Below the pieces are notes generated by a model that was given only the letters and a program-made list of their open reading frames with translations, was not told the DNA's origin and ran no database searches. Position numbers and translations under genes: made by a program. This document shows positions 9,220-21,231 of a stretch of DNA of 64,000 bases, in pieces. Source of the DNA: Candidatus Obscuribacteraceae bacterium (lineage in GTDB: Bacteria; Cyanobacteriota; Vampirovibrionia; Obscuribacterales; Obscuribacteraceae); contig JBGASG010000001.1 of the NCBI GenBank assembly GCA_044229845.1, positions 640,001-704,000 of the forward strand, given 5' to 3'. Each line of letters starts with the position of its first letter. The first letter of the stretch is position 1.

Positions 9220-10349
9220 GTTTTCGCGGCGATGGTGGTAGTGAATCTGGTGGCGACCGGGCGGCCACATTCGATCCGCTTGTGCCGGCGCAAGCCAAAA
9301 TGGTTAACGAGTATCTGGACTTTCTGGCCGCCCAGTCCAACGCCGGCGCCTGGCAATACCAAACTCAGACTGCCGATCTCTGGGGCAGCGACTCACTCTG
9401 GCAGATTGGTGACGCTCACCAATCTCAGCAGCAAAGAGGCGTGCGAGTCGATAATTTCGATCAGGAAGAAACAGAAAAACAGCGTCATCACAACGAAAAT
9501 ACCTCACTGGCTTTCTTCGATCCGGTAACCAAAGAACTGGACGCGAAAAAACCGACTTTGTTGGTTTTCGACAACTTCGGCGGGCGCCGCCAATCCTCTG
9601 GATTGCCTCCCGCCGCTGGTGAAGCAGTTTCTGTACGCGGCGATGTCAGCGCCGAGGAAGCAGAAAAACAAGGATTCAATGTCGTTCGCGTTGGGTCTAC
9701 GCAAGACACTCCGGCTCTGGACAGGACGCTGCCTGAACTTGCAGACAAAATCGAGACGGGCGACCTGGCGCTCGGCAAGGGCGACATCGTCAACATCAAC
9801 GCCGAATCGAATATCTCGTATAAAAGCGCCGGCGACCTACTTGGTCTGAGCATAACGGCCGACAATGTCAAAGATATGGTTCCCGATATGCTGCATCGCA
9901 TGCGGGAATTGTCTGAGGATCCAAGGCAGGATGCCGCGACTCGTACCTGGCTGAAGCAGATGCTTGCCGTTAATGATGCGGCAAAACGCATCGCCGACAA
10001 AGGAATAGAGGTAGTAGCGTCAGCGGGCAGCGACGGACCGGACAAATTCAACATTGCCGCTCTGACCGCCACCACCCAGCTGGCCTCCCGCACCGAGACA
10101 GGCGAATTATCTGCCTTTAGCGCCGACAATTCACTGGTGAGCGCCGAGCAAGAAAGCCAAGGACAACGTAGACAAGAAAGCCGACAAGAAAATATTCCGA
10201 CGCGGTCCGAGTCTGTTAGTGATCCGCTGGCTCGTCCCTATATGCAGGAGCAATACGTTATGGGTTGGACACGCGGCACATCGTTTGCCAATGTCGACTA
10301 CTTCGGCAAAAATTTTGAGCGTTTGAGACTTTTGAAGAACTCTGCTTGA
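9216..10349 (+). CDS. Subtilase (peptidase S8)-like protein, copy 2; probably inactive
   Basis: LLVFD, VRGDVSA (His replaced by Arg), DIVNIN, VVASAGSDG (Asn replaced by Ser), TRGTSFA; GTG start with GAGGAG SD overlapping the upstream stop. Confidence 0.7.
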   Translation: MSFRGDGGSESGGDRAATFDPLVPAQAKMVNEYLDFLAAQSNAGAWQYQTQTADLWGSDSLWQIGDAHQSQQQRGVRVDNFDQEETEKQRHHNENTSLAFFDPVTKELDAKKPTLLVFDNFGGRRQSSGLPPAAGEAVSVRGDVSAEEAEKQGFNVVRVGSTQDTPALDRTLPELADKIETGDLALGKGDIVNINAESNISYKSAGDLLGLSITADNVKDMVPDMLHRMRELSEDPRQDAATRTWLKQMLAVNDAAKRIADKGIEVVASAGSDGPDKFNIAALTATTQLASRTETGELSAFSADNSLVSAEQESQGQRRQESRQENIPTRSESVSDPLARPYMQEQYVMGWTRGTSFANVDYFGKNFERLRLLKNSA

Positions 10350-10410
10350 TCGGCGGCTGGTCTTGTATATTGATATATGCAGCCACAGCGGAGCTATCAC
10401 ATCGAATCAG

Positions 10411-11616
10411 ATGCAAGATGAAGCCCTAGAGCGCGCAATGTCATTCTGGCAGGACCAGGACTGGTCGCATGCGGTGCGAGAATTCAGTAAAGTACTGGAG
10501 TCCGAACCACAACATGTGGAAGCTCTCCGCTATCGTGGTCTCGCTCAATATGAACTCGAACAGTACGAGAGCGCCCTTGAGGACTTCGATCGCTGGGCGG
10601 CTGTCGAGCCGGATGTAGCCGAAGTTTACTACTACAAGGCACTTGTTTATCACCAGCTTGGACGGTACGAGAAAGCGCTCACCGAGAGCGACCACGCTCT
10701 TGAGCTTGACGATCTGCTGTGCGAAGCGCAGTACAACAAAGGTCTGGCGTATTACGAACTGGGAGACTACGAGCGCGCCATCGCCTGCTACAACCGCGCT
10801 ATCGAAATGGATCCCAATTTCGGCATCGCTTTCAATACACGCGGCATGGTTTACTTCGAGTTAGGCAACGATGCCCAGGCGATTGAAAACTTTTCTACCG
10901 GCATCGAACGGTGCCCGCATCTCTACGAAAACTACCACATGCGAGGCATCGTGTTTTTGCATGCCGGCGAGTCGGAAAAGGCTCTGTCTGATTTCGATAC
11001 CGCGCTAACCTACTTGCTGCACGATTACAGCAATCCTATTTATGGCGATGTACTCCAGGACAGGGGACTGGCTTACCTGCAAATCGGAGCTTACACTGCG
11101 GCGATTGAGAATTTCACCGAAGCTCTGAAGTTCTGGCAGAAATCAGAGGACGCCACGGTCTTCAACGATCGCGGCACCGCTCATTACGGATTGCGCCAGT
11201 ACGACGAAGCCCTGGAAGATTACAGTCGGGCGATCGAATACGATGCCGAACTGACCGATGCTTTCTACAATCGCGGTGCCACCTTTGTTGAAATTTTGGA
11301 ATACGATGCGGCGGTGCAGGACCTGAGCGAAGCGATTCGGCTAGACCCTTGTTATTACGAAGCGTTCGTAAAACGAGGTGATGCACACACGCGCCTTTTC
11401 GAATTCAGTAAAGCCATTCGCGATTACAAGGAAGCAGTTCGCTTGCAGCCCGAAGATGCGCTTACAATGCATCGCCTGGGGATAGTCTACGCCAAGACCG
11501 AACAGGAAGAACGTGCCATCACGGTTCTCGAACAGGCACGCGAGCTGTATGTAAAAGCCAATCGTGATTGCGAACAGATAGATCGCGATCTGGAAAAATT
11601 GCGTTCGAGCACCTGA
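10411..11616 (+). CDS. TPR repeat protein
   Basis: About 11 canonical TPRs (AQYNKGLAYYELGDYERAIACYNRAIEMDP etc.); ATG 10411 preferred over TTG 10363. Confidence 0.9.
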   Translation: MQDEALERAMSFWQDQDWSHAVREFSKVLESEPQHVEALRYRGLAQYELEQYESALEDFDRWAAVEPDVAEVYYYKALVYHQLGRYEKALTESDHALELDDLLCEAQYNKGLAYYELGDYERAIACYNRAIEMDPNFGIAFNTRGMVYFELGNDAQAIENFSTGIERCPHLYENYHMRGIVFLHAGESEKALSDFDTALTYLLHDYSNPIYGDVLQDRGLAYLQIGAYTAAIENFTEALKFWQKSEDATVFNDRGTAHYGLRQYDEALEDYSRAIEYDAELTDAFYNRGATFVEILEYDAAVQDLSEAIRLDPCYYEAFVKRGDAHTRLFEFSKAIRDYKEAVRLQPEDALTMHRLGIVYAKTEQEERAITVLEQARELYVKANRDCEQIDRDLEKLRSST

Positions 11617-11618
11617 GC

Positions 11619-11664
11619 CTTCCTTTGTGAAAATCAACACTTCTGTTGATTTTTACAAAGGAAG
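11619..11664. repeat. 21-bp-arm inverted repeat between convergent genes (possible bidirectional terminator or protein-binding site)
   Basis: CTTCCTTTGTGAAAATCAACA-CTTC-TGTTGATTTTTACAAAGGAAG, one G-T mismatch. Confidence 0.85.
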
Positions 11665-11675
11665 ATCGGGACCAC

Positions 11676-12398
11676 TCAAGGCATGTACTCCACTTGCGCC
11701 GGTGCGAATGCGTTGCCATTGCCCTTCGCAATTTTGCGCAATGTCATGGCGAAGTGGTGCAGTTTTTCCCTTGTGTCCTTGTCATGCCAGCGCGCCTCGA
11801 ATTCCTGGACCGGAATATAGGTGTAATGTCCCAGAGTTGATGGATCCATGAAATAGATGTTGTTGGCGTCATAGCCGATTGCCACAACATAGTGGCCGTC
11901 TTCCCAGTCTTTGCTGTAATCGATTGTCGCTTTCTCTGACCAGGCCTGAATGAGTACGATCACCGGCTGTTTTTGATCTAGAAGTTCTTCCAGCTTTCTG
12001 ATGGTGGCATCTTTATAAACAGTGACCTCAAATCCTTTTTGGGTCGCAAATTTTTCGATGGCCTCGTAGCGTGTCCCAATTCTGTTGTTGCTTTTGAGCG
12101 GACCAGACAGTTGGGATTCGTTGAAGTCTTCCCCGAAAAAACCTAGTACCCCTTGCAGTGCAGCGGCACCGCAGGTGTAATCGGTTGCTTGCCGGCAGAG
12201 CGGAACCAGGACAGCCCCTGCCGGTAGACCGCTCAATGCCGCCGGTTTGCTTGCCATTGGCCGATTGTGCGCACCAGCCGCTGTGTTATCCGCCTCTGAA
12301 TGTCCGACCGAAGTAGCTGCCGTGACGGCACCAGCTATGGTGACAGTGAGGACAGTTGTGCTGAGTCCCAGAGGGATTGAACGATTGACGACGTGCAT
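11676..12398 (-). CDS. Peptidase C39-like cysteine protease, exported
   Basis: QATDYTCGAAAL (Gln/Cys), GHYVVAIGYD (His), YFMDP (Asp); N-terminal hydrophobic segment. Confidence 0.88.
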   Translation of the reverse strand: MHVVNRSIPLGLSTTVLTVTIAGAVTAATSVGHSEADNTAAGAHNRPMASKPAALSGLPAGAVLVPLCRQATDYTCGAAALQGVLGFFGEDFNESQLSGPLKSNNRIGTRYEAIEKFATQKGFEVTVYKDATIRKLEELLDQKQPVIVLIQAWSEKATIDYSKDWEDGHYVVAIGYDANNIYFMDPSTLGHYTYIPVQEFEARWHDKDTREKLHHFAMTLRKIAKGNGNAFAPAQVEYMP

Positions 12399-12410
12399 TT
12401 GCAGTTGTTC

Positions 12411-12842
12411 TCAAGTGGTAATAGCGTCCATGGCTTGATTGGCCAGCTTGTCGGCTTCCTTGTTCATCTCGCGACGAACATGAATGATCGAGAACAGGTC
12501 GAAACGTTTACTTAAGACCTGGGCCTGTTGAAACAGCGGCAACAAGCCCTCGTTCTTCACTTTGTAGAGCCCCTTCATTTGTTTGACGGCCAGTTCGGAA
12601 TCCATGCGCACCTGGATTTTTTTAAAGCCCAGTTCCAGCGCTTTCTCCAGTATGCGGATGAGGGCGGTATACTCCGCCACGTTGTTGGTGGCAACTCCAA
12701 TCGCCTCGCTGATCTCAGCGACCGTCACCCCGTCTCTTTGCAGCAAAGCGCCGATACCTGCCGGTCCGGGATTGCCGCGTGAGCCGCCGTCGGCATAAGC
12801 GACGACGACGGCATCCTCTATATTAGATGCGCTGCAGGCCAC
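12411..12842 (-). CDS. rnhA: Ribonuclease HI family protein
   Basis: ADGGSRGNPGPAGIG, TNNVAEY, MDSELAVKQM, HVRREMNKEADKLAN; GTG 12842 with GGAG SD just after the alaS stop. Confidence 0.92.
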   Translation of the reverse strand: MACSASNIEDAVVVAYADGGSRGNPGPAGIGALLQRDGVTVAEISEAIGVATNNVAEYTALIRILEKALELGFKKIQVRMDSELAVKQMKGLYKVKNEGLLPLFQQAQVLSKRFDLFSIIHVRREMNKEADKLANQAMDAITT

Positions 12843-12855
12843 GGCGCGTCTCCAG

Positions 12856-15516
<2,661 letters not shown>

Positions 15517-15549
15517 GTAAAACCCCCAGGATGCAGTCCAGATCATCAA

Positions 15550-15558
15550 AGTATAGCA
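15550..15558 (-). promoter_or_regulatory. Putative extended -10 promoter of alaS
   Basis: Minus strand TG-C-TATACT about 35 nt upstream of the alaS ATG. Confidence 0.45.
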
Positions 15559-15668
15559 GTTGCATAGCGATCTTCTGGAAACGGCAGAGCCGATCTGGTA
15601 CGCTTGCGGTCCGCCCAAGCCCCCAGAGAAATTCTCCGGATTCCGCAACAAGACTCAACAATGCGCTG

Positions 15669-16568
15669 ATGAAGCTGAGCAAAGTCCTGGTTCTCTTCAA
15701 AAAGTCCACCTTCCAGCTGCAAGCGTTGGAGCACCGCGAGCCGCATTTTTTGCGCCTGCTGGAGCAGGGGCACACGTCGGTTTCCAAAGTCCAGAAAGCT
15801 CACGACGAACACCTTGAAACGCTGGAAGCCGTCATCGGCGAACTTAACGCCCGCAACATCCAGTTTGAGCAGATGGCCAGAGCCGACCTCAAGTGGCAAG
15901 TGGACGACGTCGACCTGGTGATCTCGGTCGGCGGGGACGGTACCTTTCTCGATGCTTCGCACTCGGTGCGCAAAATCCCGCTTCTAGGCGTCAACTCGGC
16001 TCGTTCCTCAAGTTTCGGGCACTTTTGCATCGGCCATGAAGGCAACATCAAAGAGATACTCAACCGCATCGAGAGCGATGACCTGCGCCCCGAGCGTCTC
16101 TTGCGCCTGGAGCTGTCGATCAACGGTCAGCACATACCGGAGCTGGTGCTTAACGAAGTTTTGGTCGCGCACTCGTGCCCGGCGGGCACCAGTCGCTATG
16201 TGTTGGAGATTGGCGGCGAAAAAGAGGAGCAGCGATCTTCCGGAATTCTAATTGGTACACCTTCCGGTTCCACTGGTACGCTCAAGTCAGCTGGAGGCGA
16301 GATATTGGGTATCACCGAGCACCGCTATCAATACATAGTGCGCGAGCCCTGGACACGTCCCGGGCAGTCGTTCAAGTTAACCAGCGGACTTTTGCATCGG
16401 GAACAAAATATGACTGTACTCTCGATGATGCGCACCGGTGCGCTCTACATCGACGGACAGCACATCGATTACAGCTTGAGCCACGGTGATGAGCTGAAGG
16501 TGGATGCTGCCCGCGACGATCTGCTCTGTTTTGTAGATCCGCACGTCAATGATGTGTTCAAGAAATGA
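15669..16568 (+). CDS. nadK: NAD(+)/NADH kinase
   Basis: VISVGGDGTFL, LGVN, LNEVLV, SSGILIGTPSGSTG..KSAGG; start set at ATG 15669. Confidence 0.93.
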   Translation: MKLSKVLVLFKKSTFQLQALEHREPHFLRLLEQGHTSVSKVQKAHDEHLETLEAVIGELNARNIQFEQMARADLKWQVDDVDLVISVGGDGTFLDASHSVRKIPLLGVNSARSSSFGHFCIGHEGNIKEILNRIESDDLRPERLLRLELSINGQHIPELVLNEVLVAHSCPAGTSRYVLEIGGEKEEQRSSGILIGTPSGSTGTLKSAGGEILGITEHRYQYIVREPWTRPGQSFKLTSGLLHREQNMTVLSMMRTGALYIDGQHIDYSLSHGDELKVDAARDDLLCFVDPHVNDVFKK

Positions 16569-17992
16569 CCGGTCAAAATAAATCCCGTCCGAGTCTGGCA
16601 ACTAATGAATACTTTGCGGTCCTGGCCGCAAAGCTGTCCGCGACGGCGATCAAAGTCACCGGCGCTGGATTGGCATCCAATCTGCCGGGAAAAATTGCTC
16701 GCCGCATTTCGCCGGCCGTACTGCCCAGTCTCTCCGCGCAGTGCCGTCAAGGCGTGGTGGCAGTGAGCGGCACCAACGGCAAAAGCACCACTTCCGGACT
16801 GGTGTCATCTATATTGCGCCAGGCGGGATTGAAAATCGTGCATAACCGCCAGGGAGCCAATCTGGTGCCAGGTATCACCGCCAGTTTGATCGATGCTGCC
16901 AGTTGGGGCGGCGGAGTGGACGCCGACTACGGCTTATTCGAGATCGACGAAGCCGCACTGCCTGTAGTGGCGAAAGAAGTGCCGATTTTGGCCGTCGTCG
17001 TTACGAACCTGTTTCGGGATCAGTTAGATCGTTTCGGCGAACTCGACACTACCGGCAAGTTGATTGCCAGCGGCATCGCCCAGAATTCCTCGCAAGCCAT
17101 ATTGAATGCCGACGATCCTAATGTCGCGCAACTGGTACCGGAAGCCGACAAAATATTCTATGGTGTAGCCAGCCTTGCTGATGAGCCGGTCAACGGCAAA
17201 CCAAAAGCCAAAGATGGTGGCATTCCCCAGTCGGGCACCAGTGAGCTTTCCTATTGTCTGCATTGCGGCGGCGAGTTTTCCTACGATCTGATTTTTTACG
17301 GACAACTGGGACATTACACCTGTCCTCAGTGTCAGCGCCGACGGCCGCAGCCCGAGGTCTATGCGGAAAGTGTAAAGGTGGAAGCCGAGTCATCCACCTT
17401 CACGCTGGTGTACGGTTCTGAACGGATTGAAGTTTCTTTGCCGTTGCCCGGTATGTTCAATGTCTACAACGCCCTTGCCGCCAGCGCGCTGGCTTATTTC
17501 CTGAAGCTGACCCCAGCTGCGGTGAAGGAAGGACTGACGCGGTACCAGACACTTTTCGGACGGTCGGAGCGGTTGAAAGTCTTCGACAAAGATACGTTGA
17601 TTCAACTGATCAAAAATCCAGCCGGTGCATCGCAGGCTGTAAAGGCTGCGGCAAGTGATCCGAAAGGGCGAATTCTGATTGCCATCAACGACAACTATGC
17701 AGATGGTCGGGATGTGTCGTGGCTGTGGGATGCGGAGTTCGAACATCTGAGCGACCACGGCAAGACGATTGTCGTAAGCGGTCAGCGCTGTTATGACATG
17801 GCTTTGCGTCTTAAGTACGGAGGCTTTCCGGAAGAGCACATCGAAATCGTGCCGGTGTTGGAAGAAGCCCTGAATGTTTCTCTCGAAAAAACATCTACCG
17901 AAGAAACGCTGTGGATCTTGCCCACGTACACATGCCTGCTCGACTTGCAGAAAATCATGAAGAAACTGGGCTACGCGCTCTCCAGCACTTAG
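16565..17992 (+). CDS. murT: MurT-type Mur ligase (lipid II isoglutaminyl synthase subunit, DUF1727)
   Basis: SGTNGKSTT, GANL..G, FEIDEA, TNLFRDQLDRFGE, Cys4 zinc insert, LIKNPAG, INDNYADGRDVSWLWD, LPTYT. Confidence 0.92.
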   Translation: MTGQNKSRPSLATNEYFAVLAAKLSATAIKVTGAGLASNLPGKIARRISPAVLPSLSAQCRQGVVAVSGTNGKSTTSGLVSSILRQAGLKIVHNRQGANLVPGITASLIDAASWGGGVDADYGLFEIDEAALPVVAKEVPILAVVVTNLFRDQLDRFGELDTTGKLIASGIAQNSSQAILNADDPNVAQLVPEADKIFYGVASLADEPVNGKPKAKDGGIPQSGTSELSYCLHCGGEFSYDLIFYGQLGHYTCPQCQRRRPQPEVYAESVKVEAESSTFTLVYGSERIEVSLPLPGMFNVYNALAASALAYFLKLTPAAVKEGLTRYQTLFGRSERLKVFDKDTLIQLIKNPAGASQAVKAAASDPKGRILIAINDNYADGRDVSWLWDAEFEHLSDHGKTIVVSGQRCYDMALRLKYGGFPEEHIEIVPVLEEALNVSLEKTSTEETLWILPTYTCLLDLQKIMKKLGYALSST

Positions 17993-18000
17993 CAACGAAC

Positions 18001-19050
18001 TTAGAAGAAGGTTGCGCATTGCGGGCAGAACGCGAAGTCGTGATCGCGTTTGTAGCCGCAGTTGTGGCAGGTCATCTTTTCACTCTGCGGTGTGGTTGAC
18101 GCACCGCAGACGCTGTTGCCGACGCTGCTCAGCGGGTCGGTGGCGGGAGCCTGGCTTGCTGCACCAATCGGAGCTGTCGCCAGCAGTCCGGAGCCGATGG
18201 TCGGGTCGGTCAGCGACCCCAGATGATTAGTCATGCCGCTTGCTTGCAGACCGCCGATGACCTCGGTGCGCGGGGTGTCAGGCAATAGTGAACCGGTCGA
18301 CTCGATGCTGCCCAGTCCGGCGAAAGCCGAAGCATAGCCTGATACCGGCCGTGGTGCCGCCGGATCAGTCATTTGTTGCTGCCAGGGATCGTGTTCTCCG
18401 GTGACAGGCAACGCCGGATCTGTTTGTTGCTGTTGCCACGGATCGTGTTCTATGGCGGCGGGCTGCAAAATGGGTGTACCGGGATCGGTTTGGGACTGCA
18501 GGGCTTGCTCGAGCTGCGACTGCAGCCAGGATTTGCCTGCCGGTTCCTCCTCATCGACCCGTCCCCAGGATTGGCTCAAAGGTACCGTCGGGTCGAAAGC
18601 CTCATCGACTGGCGCTCGGGCGTTGGCTCGGTCCATTTCTTCTTCGATGGCGGCTTCCTGAGCCAGAATGCGTTCGACGCGTTCTTGTTTCTCTTCGAAT
18701 CTGTCGCTTGCGAAGTGTGGGTCGGCAGTGTGACCCATTGGTGCATTCGGGCGAGTGCGCTCTTCCTCGCTAAGCCCGGACAGCCTCTGAGTTTCTTCCA
18801 TGTGCAATCGCAAATTGACCGCTTGCGGCGAGCGATTGATCATCATTAGCCCGTAAGCAACGGAGCCGATCAAAAACGCGAAGTAGGGAAACGGGTTCTG
18901 CAGGACCAACTGGCAGAGCAGGAAGGCAGCCACAATGCCGAATTGCTTGCGATCGACAAAAATGCCGTTACCCAATCCGGGCATGAAGCAGTTAGCCAGG
19001 ATCAGTCCAAAGCGTTTGAGTTTGAGTCTTTCTTCTGGTGTAGCCGACAT
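18001..19050 (-). CDS. Hypothetical membrane protein with low-complexity linker and C-terminal zinc ribbon
   Basis: N-terminal hydrophobic helices (CFMPGLG), Pro/Gln-rich linker, terminal CHNC...CPQC. Confidence 0.8.
   Translation of the reverse strand: MSATPEERLKLKRFGLILANCFMPGLGNGIFVDRKQFGIVAAFLLCQLVLQNPFPYFAFLIGSVAYGLMMINRSPQAVNLRLHMEETQRLSGLSEEERTRPNAPMGHTADPHFASDRFEEKQERVERILAQEAAIEEEMDRANARAPVDEAFDPTVPLSQSWGRVDEEEPAGKSWLQSQLEQALQSQTDPGTPILQPAAIEHDPWQQQQTDPALPVTGEHDPWQQQMTDPAAPRPVSGYASAFAGLGSIESTGSLLPDTPRTEVIGGLQASGMTNHLGSLTDPTIGSGLLATAPIGAASQAPATDPLSSVGNSVCGASTTPQSEKMTCHNCGYKRDHDFAFCPQCATFF
18359..18450 (-). repeat. Two in-frame ~38-nt direct repeats 54 nt apart (EHDPWQQQxTDPA)
   Basis: Copies at 18359-18396 and 18413-18450. 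Confidence 0.75.
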
Positions 19051-19115
19051 GTACTGGTCCGTTTTCCCTTCTCGATAGTCGTTTTATACCCCGAGTGCGG
19101 TGCTACATTAAGCCC

Positions 19116-21215
19116 ATGAACAAGCCCACTGACTTTCGGGTGCCTCTGGCTGCAATGTCTCTGTTGGTTTTTCTGTCTGGGTGCGGCAGGACGGTTCCCA
19201 ATCAGGACTATTTGCAAGAGTTGAATGCCGGGCGTGACGCCTACCTGTCCGGTAACTGGGCTGCCGCCGATGAAAAGTTCGTCCGGGCTAAAGAGCGGGC
19301 AGATCGAGCACCAATCACTCCTGAAACCTTCGGTACCAGTGTGACTTTGAAAGGGGTGCGAGTGGCTGCGCCGGCACTCAGTCAGAGCATCGACGTTTGG
19401 ACGGTCGCACTCGGGCCAGAGCACCCGACGGTACTGACCGGGCTGATGCAGATGGCGTACATCTATTATTTGAACGGCAACTATAAGCTCGGCGAACAAA
19501 CAGTGGAGCGGGCGCTGAAAGCCTATAAGAAATCCGGCAAGCAACTGCCGGAAACGGCAGACACCTGGTTGGCCTTTATTCCGCAGCTTCTGGCTTCCCT
19601 GGGCGAACGTGAACGGGTGTCCAGGCTTTACAGCCGCATTATCGACATGCATACGGAAGTTCTCGGTGCAGACAGTCCCAGCACCATCAAGTATCGGATA
19701 GATCAAGCGAACTGGTTGGGACAGTGCCGCAAATACAAAGAAGCAATTGCGATCCTTGATGACTGCATAGAGACGGGCCGTCGAAAGGCTTTCGATGCCA
19801 GAACGCGGGCCTATGCGGTGAAGAAACGCGCGTGGCTGACCGCTCAGTCGGGAAAGTTCGATCGTGCTGAAAAGTTGTACAAAGAGGCAATACAGATCTT
19901 GTCGGGCGTCACTGAGGATGAGATGAAAGCGGAGGCCGATCTGGCTTCGTTCTACGAAGAATACGGTGGCTACGCAGAGGCAGTCAGTTATCGCGAGCGG
20001 TTGTATAACACACTGAAAGCGGACGGCAAACATGCGCAAAATGCTGATTTGGCTGGTCACGAGTTGGTCAGCGTCATGCAGGAAAAGGCGCCCGCGAAAG
20101 CCTTGGAAATCGCTGAACAGTTGTATGACGATTACGATCGGGACATCGGACCTGCCTCGCCGGAGGCAGCCCACATCCTGCACCATGTGGCTTTCTGTCA
20201 GGCGACGCTGGGGCGTGATGCCGCTTCTCAAACCGCCTGTAACTGGGGAATGGCGGTGCTTGCCTGGGACAGCCGGGGACACGTGCGCACCGTGATTAAC
20301 GACCTGTCTCGATTTGCCGACCGGTTGGCGGCCATCGGTAACGACAAACAAGCTTTGCAGCTGCTCGATGAAGCGCTGACTCTGGCGCGGCAGTCGCAGG
20401 AGCAGGAAGACTGGGGTGTGCAGGAAACGCCCGAAGCGCTGGCGCTGAAGCACAAGGCGGATTGGATGCGTACCAATGGTGATACTGGTGCGGCTGCAAT
20501 GAAAGCTTATGATGAAGCTATTTCTGCTATGCGCAAGGACAAGCGTCAGGACGATACAACGATCGCACTCTATCTTCTCTATCAAACAGAATGCGCGCTT
20601 GAGCGAAGAGATTACCAGGCGGCGCTGAGGGCCGGGCAGCGCGCCGAGAAAATTTACATAGACTGGATGGGCACGGATTCGGCTCGGCATGCGCGCATAT
20701 TGGCTCTGGAAGCGAGAGCTGCGGCGGGCAACGGGGATAGTCAGTCCAGTAAAAAGATGGAGGAGCAAGCGCGCGCCATCTCGCTTAGAGCTGCCGACGA
20801 CGATCCCTTCGATTGCTGTGAGGCATGGGATGAGTTAGGTGCGCTTTGTGTAGCCGCTGGGCGAGTGTCTGAGGCTCGCTCATACTTTCAGAAAGTAGTT
20901 GATACCAAACGCAAACACAAAGTGCGCGGCGACCTGGCTCTGGTTCGAGCCCTGGACGGCTTGGGGCAGACTGACTCACTGTCAGGACATCAGAAAGAAG
21001 CAATGCGGCACTGGCAGGAGGCGATCGATACTCTCGGCCAGGTTTGTTTTGTGACACCGCAAGTGGTGCCGATTGCCGGGCATTACATTGCGGCGTGCAA
21101 GCTCGCAGGCGACGACAAGCGACTGGCGGCGGCTAAAGAACTGGGACTGAAATGGTGCCGTGAACTGTATGGGCCGGACAGCGCTGAGGCTCAGCAAATG
21201 TTGCAGACGCACTGA
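19116..21215 (+). CDS. TPR-like (kinesin-light-chain type) lipoprotein
   Basis: Lipobox LVFLSGC; repeats such as ALGPEHPTV, VLGADSPST, IGPASPEAA, LYGPDSAEA. Confidence 0.85.
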   Translation: MNKPTDFRVPLAAMSLLVFLSGCGRTVPNQDYLQELNAGRDAYLSGNWAAADEKFVRAKERADRAPITPETFGTSVTLKGVRVAAPALSQSIDVWTVALGPEHPTVLTGLMQMAYIYYLNGNYKLGEQTVERALKAYKKSGKQLPETADTWLAFIPQLLASLGERERVSRLYSRIIDMHTEVLGADSPSTIKYRIDQANWLGQCRKYKEAIAILDDCIETGRRKAFDARTRAYAVKKRAWLTAQSGKFDRAEKLYKEAIQILSGVTEDEMKAEADLASFYEEYGGYAEAVSYRERLYNTLKADGKHAQNADLAGHELVSVMQEKAPAKALEIAEQLYDDYDRDIGPASPEAAHILHHVAFCQATLGRDAASQTACNWGMAVLAWDSRGHVRTVINDLSRFADRLAAIGNDKQALQLLDEALTLARQSQEQEDWGVQETPEALALKHKADWMRTNGDTGAAAMKAYDEAISAMRKDKRQDDTTIALYLLYQTECALERRDYQAALRAGQRAEKIYIDWMGTDSARHARILALEARAAAGNGDSQSSKKMEEQARAISLRAADDDPFDCCEAWDELGALCVAAGRVSEARSYFQKVVDTKRKHKVRGDLALVRALDGLGQTDSLSGHQKEAMRHWQEAIDTLGQVCFVTPQVVPIAGHYIAACKLAGDDKRLAAAKELGLKWCRELYGPDSAEAQQMLQTH

Positions 21216-21231
21216 AGAGGAATCACTCGAT

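Noticed and set aside
11676..12398. RiPP/bacteriocin cluster around the C39-like peptidase
   Set aside because: No ABC transporter fusion, precursor peptide or modification enzymes nearby; it follows alaS-rnhA.
15517..15668. Leader-peptide attenuator for alaS
   Set aside because: No Ala-codon run or terminator; the ORF-track N-terminal extensions of alaS and nadK overlap each other and look spurious.
19002..20768. 588-aa minus-strand ORF
   Set aside because: Antisense shadow of the TPR lipoprotein; no motifs.
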